Part shown: in pieces, positions 13,990 through 26,131 of the stretch | Layout: every line of letters begins with the position of its first letter | How positions within the stretch are numbered: position 1 is the first letter of the stretch | Made by a program: the position numbers and the translations under genes | The notes under the pieces: model-generated | What the model was told of the DNA's origin: nothing | What the model saw: only the letters and a program-made list of their open reading frames with translations | Database searches by the model: none | DNA from: the human T2T-CHM13v2.0 reference genome, Homo sapiens | Direction: 5' to 3' (one strand) | Assembly: GCF_009914755.1 (NCBI RefSeq) | Contig: NC_060935.1 | DNA length: 64,000 bases

Positions 13990-14223
13990 GGCTGGGTGCA
14001 GTGGCTCATGCCTGTAATCCCAGCACTTTGGGAAGCCAAGGCAGGTGGACCACTTGAGCCTAGGGGTTTGAGACCAGTTTGGGCAAGATGGCAACGCCCT
14101 GTTTCTACAAAAATACAAATGTTAGCTGGGCATGGTAACATGGTTCTGTAGTCCCATCTACTCAGGAGGGAACACTTGAGTCCTGGAGGTGGCAGTTGCT
14201 GTGAAAAAAGAAAAAGAAGAAAA
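13990..14223 (+). mobile_element. AluJ-like, right arm shortened
   Basis: Left arm intact; right arm ends at gttgctgtg followed by an A-rich tail. Confidence 0.85.
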
Positions 14224-14647
14224 GATGTGTGTAGGAAAAGTTTGATCAAAATTCTCAAATTGTTCTCCTAAGAGGATGAACACATTAATATGGCCAGTAA
14301 CTGTGTAGGTGTAATTATTTTCCCATGCACTGACACTATGGTAACTTGTTTTTTTGCAGAGAGTAATTTTTTCATTGACAGTATTCAGTTCATTCTCCAT
14401 TGGTCACTTTTATTTTTTTTAATAGAAATTACTTGATTCAACAAGTATTTAATCTCATATGGCTTAATTGTGTGTGAAGTATGGTATTAGATGTTTGGAG
14501 AAGTCAAAATTCATTCGATATAGTCTCTATCCCTGACTACATACTAACACTATTGAGAGAGGTTTACATACTCTGGCCTCAGATTACCTTTCCCACCTTA
14601 TCTATTTATAATAATTTTTGTGACCACTGTAGAACCAAAAATGAGAA

Positions 14648-14738
14648 AGTTTCATGAATATTTTAAGGGAGTCCTGAAGTTTCATGAATATGTTAAGTAG
14701 GTGTGGGAATTTCCGTGAATATATTAAGTAGGAGAATT
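14648..14738. repeat. Three imperfect ~30-bp tandem units (core tttcatgaatat..taag)
   Basis: agtttcatgaatattttaagg / agtttcatgaatatgttaagtagg / atttccgtgaatatattaagtagg. Confidence 0.75.
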
Positions 14739-15858
14739 GTTAGCATGGACACTACAACCGCAGATCACAAACCCCTGCCTTGTATGCAGTCATTTGCCAC
14801 CGTCTGTATTCTTTTCACTGATATGGGCTAGTGGAAGGAAATGATATTAAAAATTTATGATGCCTCTTTCACAGCTCATCCAGAGTGGCTGACCCACTAT
14901 TTCAGCTGTGTACAACTAGATTATAGCATTTCTGTGTCATTGTGGAAAGAGATCCCTATGGAAAACAACAGCATTACAATGAGGAGAAATGTGCTATAAT
15001 TGGGACAATAAGGAAAATAGTAAACACAGATGAAGCTTCTGGAAGAGAGAAATGGATGACAGGAGGAGTGGACAGGAGGAGTGGGGAGGGGTGATAGGCA
15101 CTGGGGGAGATGAGTTTGTTTGCTGAAAGCTGACATCCATGTGGGAGAGACAACAACAGTAATAATTATTTAAAAAACAAATATAAGACCAAGGAATGGC
15201 TACACAGAAGTTCCTATAGGTCGTGTGTTAGGTTTATAATGTTAATCTCTATTACTTTTGGCTTGAGTGTGCCTCATGAAGTGTTCTGGATGAGAAATGG
15301 ATGCTTTATTAAACACCTCACAGTGAATAATAAGAGCACCAATCTCCCCTCTGCCCGAACCCTTGCCCCTAGGGTGACATGATGATAATCAGACCAACTG
15401 TCTTACACACGCAGCTGGATAACCCGTAGGTGAGGAAGGAGGAAAAAGGATTTTTCTCTTCTTATAACGGGGAAGCAAGAAGTTATCCCCCATTGCTCCT
15501 GAAAGAGTTTCCTCCTGACTCAACTCCTTTGGTATGCAAATACAGTCTCTGCAGGAGTTTGATAGCCCCTTGCCTTTAAGCTCTTCTGACTTAGAACTCT
15601 GGCTTGTTCCTCCTAGAAATGGAAATACTTAGGAATATTTCCCTCTCCAGTCACCTTCTGAGGTAATCCATGTCTTGGGAGGTAACAATTCAATTAATAA
15701 GAGAAGTTTTATTATTCAATTTATTATTCAATTAATAAGAGAAGCAAATGGCTACAGATCTAATTTTTATGGCATGTAGAAATGTTTCCAGGAGAAGTAA
15801 AAGCAAGCTTTTGTACATCTTACAGCATGCTTTTTTAGCTCAGGAGGCTATGTGTTCT

Positions 15859-16320
15859 TGTAGCAGGACAAGCCGTGGGCAAAACTCCTCAGACGCTGAG
15901 TTAAAGAAGGAAGGGGTTTATTCGGCTGGGGGCATCGGCAAGACTCCTGTCTCAAGAGCTGAGCTCCCTGATTGAGCAATTCCTGTGCCTTTAAAGGGCT
16001 CACAACTCTAAGGGGGTGCCCATGAGAGGGTCGTGATCTATTGAGCAAGCAGGAGGTATGTGACTGGGGGCTGCATGCACCGGTAATTAGATCTGAACAA
16101 AACAGGATAGGGATTTTCACAGTGGTTTTCTATACAATGTCTGTAATCTATAGATGACATAACCGATTAGGTCAGGGGTCAATCTTTAACTACCAGGCCC
16201 AGGGTGTGGCGCCGGGCTGTCTGCTTGTGGATTTCATTTCTGCCTTTTAGTTTTTACTTTTTCTTTCTTTGGAAGCAGAAATTGGGCATAAGACAATATG
16301 AGGGGTGGTCTCCTCCCTTA
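15859..16320 (-). mobile_element. Solo LTR2 (HERV-E/Harlequin)
   Basis: Minus strand runs taagggaggagaccacccctcatattg...tcctgctaca; 4-bp TSD ttct (15855-58 / 16321-24); AATAAA at 15922-15917. Confidence 0.93.
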
Positions 16321-16448
16321 TTCTTACAAGAACACTGAGAAATCCTGGGAAGTTTTATGTCTCCACACTTTGGTAGGACTGTTCCCTGACCTGCAGTGGC
16401 TGAGGAACAATTCTGCTGTCCAAGCTATCCCTTTACATAGGTTCACTG

Positions 16449-16902
16449 TTTCACTCTCATCCATGTGAAGAGACCACCAAACAGGCTTTTTGTGAGCCAT
16501 AAAGCTTTTTAATCACCTGGGTGCAGGTGGGCTGAGTCCGAAAAGAGAGTCAGCAAAGGGAGTTAGGGGTGGGGCTGTTTTATAAGATTTGGGTAGGTAA
16601 AGGAAAATTACAGTCAAAGGGGGATTGTTCTCTGGTGGGCAGGAGTGGGGGGTCACAAGGTGCTCAGTGAGGGAGCTTTTTGAGCCAGGATGAGCCAGGA
16701 AAAGGAATTTCACAAGGTAATGTCATCAGTTAAGGAAGGGACCAGCCATTTTCACTTCTTTTGTGGTGGAATGTCATCAGTTAAGGCAGGAACAGGCCAT
16801 TTTCACTTCTTTTGTGATTCTTCAGTTACTTCAGGCCATCTGGGCGTATATGTGCAGGTCACAGGGGATGCGATAGTTTAGGTTGGGCTCAGAGGCCTGA
16901 CA
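16449..16902 (-). mobile_element. Solo LTR7-family (HERV-H) LTR
   Basis: Minus strand starts tgtcaggcctctgagcccaa; U3 repeats ccttaactgatgacatt; 5-bp TSD cactg (16444-48 / 16903-07). Confidence 0.95.
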
Positions 16903-17399
16903 CACTGTTTTGTGGATGAGCAGGGATTGAGAGTTGGCAAGCCTACCTAAGCCTAGCACCAGTTTGTAGTCATTACATGCCTTGGGGTAAAGGAAGGAAG
17001 TCTTTCTAATTTGGAGGGATTTGGAAGGGTTTGTAGAAGAAATAGTTCTAGAACTGGCTGTTAAGAATGGGCAGGAATTGTCGAGCAGAAAGAGGGGTTG
17101 GGAAACTTTCCACCTAGAGCAGTACTTCTTAAAAATTTTCAATAGAGGCCTCCTGAGGGCCAAAAGGAGTGACAACAAACCTCTGCTGGGGGCTGCTGCT
17201 ACTGGTAGCAGTGGTAGACAGAATAGTTAGAACCATGCTTACCATTTCTTTGAAGTTTCATTTGAATTTTGCATTCAACTTCAAATTTAGAAAATGAAGT
17301 TTTACCCATATATCTTTATGATCAAAGTTAAGCTATAACCTGGTATCTCCCTCTTTCTCGTGTCCTCCAGGAAGAATACTTCCTTGATTTAAGAAACTG

Positions 17400-18080
17400 G
17401 AACCTAGATGGATCATCAAAGCAGAGCCACGGGGATAGGAAATTTAGGACAAATTTAGAGAAATGTGACTCAGACGTTGAGTTGGGATCAAATTGGGTGT
17501 GAGGGCTTGTGTAGTTGGCAGTGATGTTGGAAAGGTAGATTGGCAGGGCAGCAACTTGGACAGGTCCTTGAATGTTTTAGTAAGGAATTGGAATTTTACT
17601 CTTTGGGCACTGAAAATCCATTAAAACTCTTGGAAAGAAAATTGTGGAATCACTTCAATCAAAGGAGGCAGAGAGTGGCTTGGAGGCAAAAGATTTCTCA
17701 GGAAGCTACCGAAGGTGAGAGAAATGTGGACATAAATTAGGACCTTGACTGTTGTGGGGAGAAAAAAGCAAGTGCAGGTCCAAGATGAATTGGGAGATAG
17801 AACCCACCTTGGATATGAGAGATCAGGGCAAACTGAGTAGAAGAGAATGTCTAGGTTTCTACCCAAAGCAGCTGAGAGGATGGTAAGTCTTCAGCAGAAA
17901 CAGGCAGCAGAGTAGGTTTAGAGAGATAAAGAGGTGTATTCTGGATGTGTTAGAACTGAGAAATCGGTAGAATAAGCAAATACCTGCAAGTAACCTGTGC
18001 ATGTATGGAAAGGGGCACCTGAACTCAGTGGGTAGGTTGGTAGTTTCCCATCCAAGAGGCAGTCAAATGCAATATAGTTA
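17400..18080 (-). mobile_element. Degraded L2
   Basis: gtaaggaattggaattttactct..gggcactgaaaatccattaaa motif typical of antisense L2. Confidence 0.5.
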
Positions 18081-18957
18081 ATGTGTATGGATTCAGAGAA
18101 TGGTTTCTGTTCTTGGTATGGGGAAATGATCACCACTGACATTTATTTCATATGGCTATATGGCCACCTTCTAGTGGTGACTCTAAAATATTTATTGTGG
18201 GTGAAAAATGGCTGATGGAGCTGGCTTATAGCCAAAAAGTGTTAATTTGTCCATGTTATCACTTATAGATAGTCAACAAGTGAATAAAGAACAGAGACTA
18301 TATTCCTGATGATGCTTCTCTTTCAGTAAGGACCCAAATTGAGCTGCTAGCTCCTGCCAGCTCACATGTTGGCTTCATTCCTAAGATATATCCCATCCAC
18401 AGGTTATTAAAGATTTGGAAACTAGTGGGAGAAAGGGAAAACTGGAGAATACTGAAATTTTAACTTCTTGAAGACTCTTGACCTCCTACCCTTGATGGGG
18501 TATACTCCACTGCAAGAGTACTTTTTCTTTGCCCCTTTTTGCCTCCCCTCACCTTGATGTTTAAAAGTACCAAGTAGTATTACTTTAAGATCACATAAAA
18601 TTATATCCATGATATATTTGCATTTCTAAATTTACCAGGTGGATCTTAAAAGATCTTAAAGGTAGAGGTAAAAATTAGCATTCCCTCCCATCCCTCTAAG
18701 ATGTTTTTTCATGGGTTTGAAATCTGTAAAATATAATTTCCTTAGTAAATATTAAAAATGCCTATTCTAAAGGAATGTTATCTTTACTTTCATTTGGCAT
18801 GATTGCAATAGTAAAATCTGCACCCTGTAATCTAAGTTGAAATTTTTATATTGAGAATCCCCCCATTCCTCATTAACAAATCTAGACCTTATAGGTTAAG
18901 ACTTCACAGCACTTTGGTGCTTATCTCTTCAGATCTTTTATATTTACCCACATACAT

Positions 18958-19154
18958 TGATATGGTTTGGTTCTGTGTCCCCAGCAAATCTCTTGTTGAA
19001 TTGTAATTCCCAGTGTCAGAGATGGTGCTGGTGGGAGGTGATTGGATCATGAAGGTGGATCCTTTGTGAGTGGTTTAGCACCATCCCCTTGGTGCTATTC
19101 TCATGCTAGTGACTGAGTTCTTGTGAGATCTAGTTGTTTAAAAGTGTGTAGCAC
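18958..19154 (+). mobile_element. MSTA-like MaLR LTR, 5' part
   Basis: tgatatggtttgg..gtttaaaagtgtgtagca; interrupted by the L1. Confidence 0.85.
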
Positions 19155-22100
19155 AGGTGGCTGGCAAGATGGCTGAATAAGAACCGCTCCACTCTGCAGC
19201 TTCTAGAGAGATCAATGCAGAAGGCAGGCGATTTCTGCATTTCCAACTGAGGTACCTGGCTCATCTCATTGGGACTGGTTAGACAGTGGGTGCAGCCCAC
19301 GGAGGGTGAGCCAAAACAGGGTGGGCTGTCACCTCACCTGGGAAGCACAAGGGGTTGGGGAACTCCCTCCACTAGCCAAGGGAAGCCATGAGGGACCATG
19401 CCATGAGGAATGGTGCATTCTGGCCTAGATACTACACTTTTCCTGCAGTCTTCACAACCTGCAGACCAGGAGATTCCCTCAGGTGCCTACACTACCAGGG
19501 CCCTGGGTTTCAAGCACAAAACTGGGCAGCTGCTTGGGCAGACACTGAGGTAGCTGCAGGAGTTTTTTTTCATACCCCAGTGGCATCTGGAACACCAGAG
19601 ACACAGAACCGTTCACTCCCCTGGAAAGGGGGCTGAAGCCAGGGAGCTGAAGCCAGGGAGCCAAGTGGTCTAGCTCAGCGGATCCTACCCCTATGGAGCC
19701 CAGGAAGCCAAGATCCACTGGCATGAAATTCTTGCTGCCAGCACAACAGTCTGAAGTTGACCTGGGATGCTCAAGCTTGGTGGGACGAGGGGCATTTGCC
19801 ATTACTGAGGCTTGAGTAGGCAGTTTTCCCCTCACAGTGTAAACAAAGTCACCGGGAAGTTCAAACTGGGTGGAGCCTACCGCAGCTTGGCAAACCCACT
19901 GTAGCCAGACTGCCTCTCTAGATTCCTCCTCTCTGGGTAGGGCATCTCTGAAAGAAAGACTGCAGCCCCAGTCAGGAACTTATAGATAAAACTCCTATCT
20001 CCCTGGGACAGAGCACCTGGGGGAAGGGGTGACTGTGGGCACAGCTTCAGCACACTCAAATGTTCCTGCCTGCCGGCTCTGAGGAGGGCAGCGGATCTCC
20101 CAGCACAGCACTCAAGCTCTGCTAAGGGACAGACTGCCTCCTCAAGTGGGTCCCTGAACCCCATGCCTCCTGACAGGGAGACACTTCCCAGCAAGGGTTG
20201 ACAGATACCTCATATAGGAGAGCTCCAGCTGGCATCTGGCAGGTGCACCTCAGGGATGAAGATTCCAGAGGCAGGAATAGGCAGCAATCTTTGCTGTTCT
20301 GCAGCCTCCACTGGTGATACCCAGGCAAGTAGGGTCTGGAGTCGATCTTCAGCAAACTCCAGCAGACCTGCAGCAGAGAGGCCTGACTGTTAGAAGGAAA
20401 ACTAACAAACAGAAAGGAATAGCATCAACATCAACAAAAAGGGATGTCCACAAAAAACCCCATCTGAAGGTCACCAACATCAAAGACCAAAGATAGGTAA
20501 ATCCACGAAGATGAGGAAAAACCAGTGCAAAAAGGTTGAAAATTCCAAAAACCAGAATGCCTCTTCTCCTCTGAAGGATTACGACTCCTTGCCAGCAAGG
20601 GAATAAAACTGGATGGCGAATGAGTTTGACGAATTGACAGAAGTAGGCTTCAGAAGGTGGGTAATAACAAACTTCTCTGAGCTAAAGGAGCATGTTCTAA
20701 CCCAATGCAAGGAAGCTAAGAGCCTTGAAAAAAGATGAAAGGAATTGCTAACTAGAATAACCAGTTTAGAGCAGAACATAAATGACCTGATGGAGCTGAA
20801 AAATACAGTACGAGAACTTCATGAAGCATAGACAAGTATCAATGGCTGAATCGATCAAGTGGAAGAAAGGATATCAGAGATTGAAGATCAACTTAATGAA
20901 ATTAAACCTGAAGATAAGAGTGGAGAAAAAAGGATGAAAAGGAATGAACAAAGCCTCCAAGAAATATGGGGCTATGTGAAAAGACAAAACCTATGTTTGT
21001 TTGGTGTACCTGAAAGTGATGGGGAGAACGGAACCAAGCTGGAAATCATTCTTCAGGATATTATCCAGGAGAACTTCTCCAACCTAGCAAGACAGGATGA
21101 CATTCAAATTCAGGAAATACAGAGAACACCACAAAGATACTCCTTGAGAAGAGCAACCCCAAGACACATAATTGTCAGATTCACCAAGGTTGAAATGAAG
21201 GAAAAAATGTTAAGGGAAGCCAGAGAGAAAGGTCAGGTCACCCACAAAGGGAAGCCCATCAGATTAACAGCAGATCTAATGGCAGAAGCCCTACAAGCCA
21301 GGACAGCGTGGGGGCCAAAATTCAATATTCTTAAAAGAGTTTTCAACTCAGAATTTCATATCCAGCCAAAGTAAGCTGCATAAGCAAAGGATAAATAAAA
21401 TCCTTTACAGACAAGAAAATACTGAGAGATTTTGTCACCACCTAGTCTGCCTTACAAGAGCTCCTGAAGGAAGCACTAAATATGCAAAGGAAAAACCAGT
21501 ACCAGCACTGCGAAAACATACCAAATTGTAAAGACTATTGACATTATGAAGAAACTGCATTAATTAATGGGCAAAATAACCAGCCAGCATCATAATGACA
21601 GGATCAAATTCACACATAACAATATTGACCTTAAATGTAAATGGGCTAAATGCCCCAATTAAAAGATACAGACTGGCAAATTGGATACAGAGTGAAGACC
21701 CATTGGTGTGCTGTATTCAGGAGACCCATCTCATGTGCAAAGACACACATAGGCTCAAAATAAAGGGATGGAGGAATATTTACCAAGCAAATGGAAATAA
21801 AAAAAAAAGCAGGGGTTGCAATCCTAGTCTCTGATAAAACAGACTTTAAAGCAACAAAGATAAAAAAAAAAAGGGGGCATTACATAATGGTAAAGGGATC
21901 AATGCAACAAGAAGAGCTAACTATCCTAAATATACATGCACCAATACAGGAGCACCCAGATTCATAATGCAAGTTCTTCAAAGATCTAGAATCAGAAATG
22001 CCATTTGACCCAGCAATCCCATTACTGGGTGTATACCTAAAGGATTATAAATCATTCTACTATGAAGATATATGCGCACACATGATTGTTGCAGCACTAT

Positions 22101-22529
22101 TTACAATAACAAAGACTTGGAACCAACCCAAATGCCCATCAGTGACAGACTGGATAAAAAAAATGTGGCACATATACATCATGGAATACTATGCAGCCAT
22201 TAAAAAGGATGAGTTCATGTCCTTTGCAGGAACATGGATGAAGCTGGAAACTGTCATTCTCAGCAAACTAACACCAGAACAGAAAACCAAACACCACATG
22301 TTCTCATAAGTGGGAGTTGAACAGTGAGAACACATGGGCACAGGGAGGGGAACAGCACACACCAGGGCCAGTGAGGTGTTTGGGGGCTATGAGAGGGATA
22401 GCATTAGGAGAAATACCTAATGTAGATGTTGGGTTGATGGGTGCAGCAAACCACCATGGCCTATGTATGCCTATGTAACAAACTTGCATGTTCTGAACAT
22501 GTATCCTAGAACTTTAATAAAAAAAAAAA
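19155..22529 (+). mobile_element. L1PA7-like element: full 5'UTR, decayed ORF1 (from 20511), ORF2 mostly deleted (junction ~21979), 3'UTR and poly(A)
   Basis: 5' ggctggcaagatggctgaata; ORF1 peptide 20859-21374; MTGSNSHITILTLNVNGLN at 21595; TSD aaaagtgtgtagca / aaaactgtgtagca. Confidence 0.93.
19479..19802 (-). other. L1 ORF0-like antisense ORF (107 aa)
   Basis: MANAPRPTKLEHPRSTSDCCAGS, with gtaATGg context, at the position homologous to the ORF0 N-terminus; expression unknown. Confidence 0.5.
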
Positions 22530-22765
22530 CTGTGTAGCAAATCCTGCTTTGCCCTCTATTGCTCCTACTCCCACCATGTGATCTATGTATTCCCCCTTTG
22601 CTTTCTGCCGTGATTGTAAGTTTCTGGGACCTCCCCAGAAGCTGAGCAGTTGCCTCCATGCTTCCTATATAGCCTGCAGAACCATGAGCCAATTAGGCCT
22701 CTTTTCTTTATAAATTACCCAGTCTCTGCTATTTCTTTATAGCAGTTTGAGAATGGACTAATACA
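22530..22765 (+). mobile_element. MSTA-like LTR, 3' part
   Basis: Continues after the TSD to gaatggactaataca. Confidence 0.85.
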
Positions 22766-23128
22766 CATATATTATATGTAAAAACGCATTATTTCTAAAA
22801 AGAAACATGGATAATGTTATACGTATTTTTCTACCTCTAGCTTTAAAAAAAATTAATACTCATGGATATTCTCCATATCAGAACATATAAATTTCCCTTA
22901 GTGTCTTTATTACTTATGTATTGTTCCATAGTAAAGATACACTATCATTTAATTATGCACTTTTTGATAGACATTTAGGTTGTTTACAAGTAACTGCATT
23001 TAAAACAAGCATCAGCTACTAAGATGCTAGTCATGGTGTAAATTAAGTCAGCTGGTAAGTGAAATATGAATGTATTTTACATTTCTACTTTTAAAAATTT
23101 GCTTAGCTTTTTTGTTTAAAATATTTGT

Positions 23129-23412
23129 GGCCAGACTCTTTGGCTCACACCTATAAGCACAGCAAAAAGAGGACAAGGTGGGAGGATAGCTTGAGCCAAG
23201 GAGTTCAAGTCCAGCCTGGGCAACATAGTGAGACTCTGTTTCTACAAAAAATACACAAATTAGCCAGGTGTGATGGTGTGCATCTGTAGTCCCAGCTACT
23301 CAGGAGGCTAAAGTGCTTGAGCCCAGGAGGTTCAGGCTGCTATGAGCTGAGATTGCACCACTGCACCCCAGCCTGGGCAGCAGAGGGAGACTCTGTCTCA
23401 TTTTTTTTTTTT
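23129..23412 (+). mobile_element. AluJ-like element ending in T12 instead of poly(A)
   Basis: gagactctgtctca followed by 12 T (23401-23412). Confidence 0.85.
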
Positions 23413-26011
23413 CTCACATCATTGTGATAGCAAAGATGAGGGGAAAACAATTACTCTTACATCCTGCTAGTAAGAGTGAAAATTAAAACACTTTTGCTAG
23501 CACGAAATTTGGCAGTATGTACCAAGAGTTTTAAAATGATTTATTTCCTTTGATCCAGGAATTCCATTTCTAGTGATTTATCCCAAAATAATAAAGTTGT
23601 AGAGAAGATTCATGGATATGGATATTTAATATTCTCTCTTATAATAGAAAACATATGGAAATAAATATTGAACAACAGAGATAAATTATGTTACATTTAT
23701 ATGACTGAATTATAGTTTGCAGCCAATAATGCTTTCAAAGATTTAATTGCATGAAAAATGCTTATAGTAAAATAGCAAACAAAAAAGCTGATATGTTATC
23801 TCATGAATTTTTTTTTAAGTTGGAAACTATATCATGTTTATTTTTATATAATTTTTCAACCTTCTCTCCCTTCCCCCACTCCTCCCTCTGGTAGTCCCCA
23901 GTGTCTATTGTTGCCATCTTTGTCTATGAGTACCCGATATTTAGCTCCCACTTATTAGTGAGAACATACAGTATTTGGTTTTCTTTTTCTTTTTTTTTTT
24001 TTTAAACTGTACTTTAAGTTCTAGGGTACATGTGCACAATGTGCAGGTTTGATACATAGGTATACATGGGCCATGATGGTTTGCTGCACCCATCAACTCA
24101 TCATTTACATTCGGTATTTCTCCTCATGCTACCCCTCCCACAGCCCCCCACCCCGCACCCCCGACAGGCCCTGGTGTGTGATGTTCCCCTCCCTGTGTCC
24201 AAGTGTTCTCATTGCTCAGTTCCCACCTATGAGTGAGATGTGGTGTTTGGTTTTCTGTTCTTGTGATAGTTTGCTGAGAATGATGGTTTCCAGCTTCATC
24301 CATGTCCCTGCAAAGAACATGAACTCATCATTTTTTATGGCTGCATAGTATTCCATGGTGTGTATGTGCCACATTTTCTTAATCCAGTCTATCATTGATT
24401 GACATTTGGGTTGGTTCCAAGTCTTTGCTATTGTGAATAGTGCAGCAATAAACATACATGTGCATATGTCTTTACATAGCATGATTTGTAATTCTTTGGC
24501 TATATACTCAGTAATGGGATCACTGGGTCAAATGGTATTTCTAGTTTTAGATCCTTGAATTGCCACACTCTCTGCCACAATGGTTGAACTAATTTACACT
24601 CCCAGCAACAGTGTAAAAGTGTTCCTATTTCTCCACATCCTCTCCAGCACCTGTTGTTTCCTGACTTTTTAATGATTGCCATTCTAACTGGTGTGAGATG
24701 GTATCTCATTGTGGTTTTGATTTGCATTTCTCTGATGACCAGTGATGACAAGCATTTTTTCATGTGTCTGTTGGCTGCATAGATGTCTTTTTTTGAGAAG
24801 TGTCTGTTCATATCCTTTGCCCACTTTTTGATGGGGTTGTTTGTTTTTTTCTTGTAAATTTAAGTTCTTTGTAGAGTCCGGATATTAGGCCTTTGTCAGA
24901 TGGATAGATTGCAAAAATATTCTCCCATTCTGTAGGTTGCCTGTTCACTCTTAAGGTAGTTTCTTTTCCTGTGCAGAAGCTCTTTAGTTTAATGAGATCC
25001 CATTTGTCTATTTTGGCTTTTGTTGCCATTGCTTTTGGTGTTTTAGTCATGCAGTCTTTGCCCATGCCTATGTCCTGAATGGTATTGCCTAGGTTTTCTA
25101 CTAGGGTTTTTATGGTTTTAGCTCTAACATTTAGGTCAAGATGGTCTTTAATCCGTTTTGAATTAATTTTTGTACAAGGTGTAAGGAAGGGATCCAATTT
25201 CAGCTTTCTGCAATATAGCTAGCCAGTTTTCCCAGCACCATTTATTAAATAGGGAATCCTTTCCCCATTGCTTGTTTTTGTCAGGTTTGTCAAAGATCAG
25301 ATGGTTGTAGATGTGTGGTGTTATTTCTGAGGCCTCTGTTCTGTTCCATTTGTCTATATGTCTGTTTTGGTACCAGTACCATGCTGTTTTGGTTACTGTA
25401 GATTTGTAGTATAGTTTGAAGTCAGGAAGGATGATGCCTCCAGCTTTTTTTTTTTTTTTTTGCTTAGGATTGTCTTCACAATGTGGGTTCTTTCTTGGTT
25501 CCATATGAACTTTAAGGTAGTTTTTTTTCCAATTCTGTGAAGAAAGTCGTTGGTAGCTTGATGTGGATGACATTGAATCTATAAATTACCTTCAGAAGTA
25601 TGGCCATCTTCACTATATTGATTCTTCCTATCCATGAACATAGAATGTTCTTCCATTTGTTTGTGTCCTCTTTTATTTCATTGAGCAGTGGTTTGTAGTT
25701 CTCCTTGAAGAGGTCCTTCACATCCCTTGTAAGTTGGATTCCTAGGTATTTTATTCTCTTTGTAGCAATTGTGAATGGGAGTTCACTCATGATTTGGCCC
25801 TCTGTCTGTTATTGGTGTATAGGAATGCTTGTGATTTTTGCACATTGATTTTGTATCCTGAGACTTTGCTGAAGTTGCTTATCAGCTGATGGAGATTTTG
25901 GGCTGAGATGATGGGGTTTTCTAAGTATACAATCATGTCATCTGCCAACAGGGACAACCTGACTTCCTCATTTCCTAACTGAATACCCTTTATTTCTTTC
26001 TCTTGCCTGAT

Positions 26012-26131
26012 TGCCCTGGCCAGAACTTCCAACACTATCTTGAATAGGAGTGGTGAGAGAGGGCATCCTTGTGCCCTGGCCAGAATTTCCAACACTATCT
26101 TGAATAGGAGTGGTGAGAGAGGGCATCCTTG
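26012..26131. repeat. 60-bp in-frame tandem duplication inside the L1 RT domain
   Basis: Two units with one mismatch; the peptide [15 protein letters not shown](I/V)LARA occurs twice. Confidence 0.97.

Noticed and set aside
14648-14738. CRISPR-like repeat-spacer array
   Set aside because: Eukaryotic context, only three degenerate units and no true spacers.
21961-22000. L1PA7 deletion as a spliced L1 RNA product
   Set aside because: The junction does not match GT..AG removal; homeology at the breakpoints explains it better.
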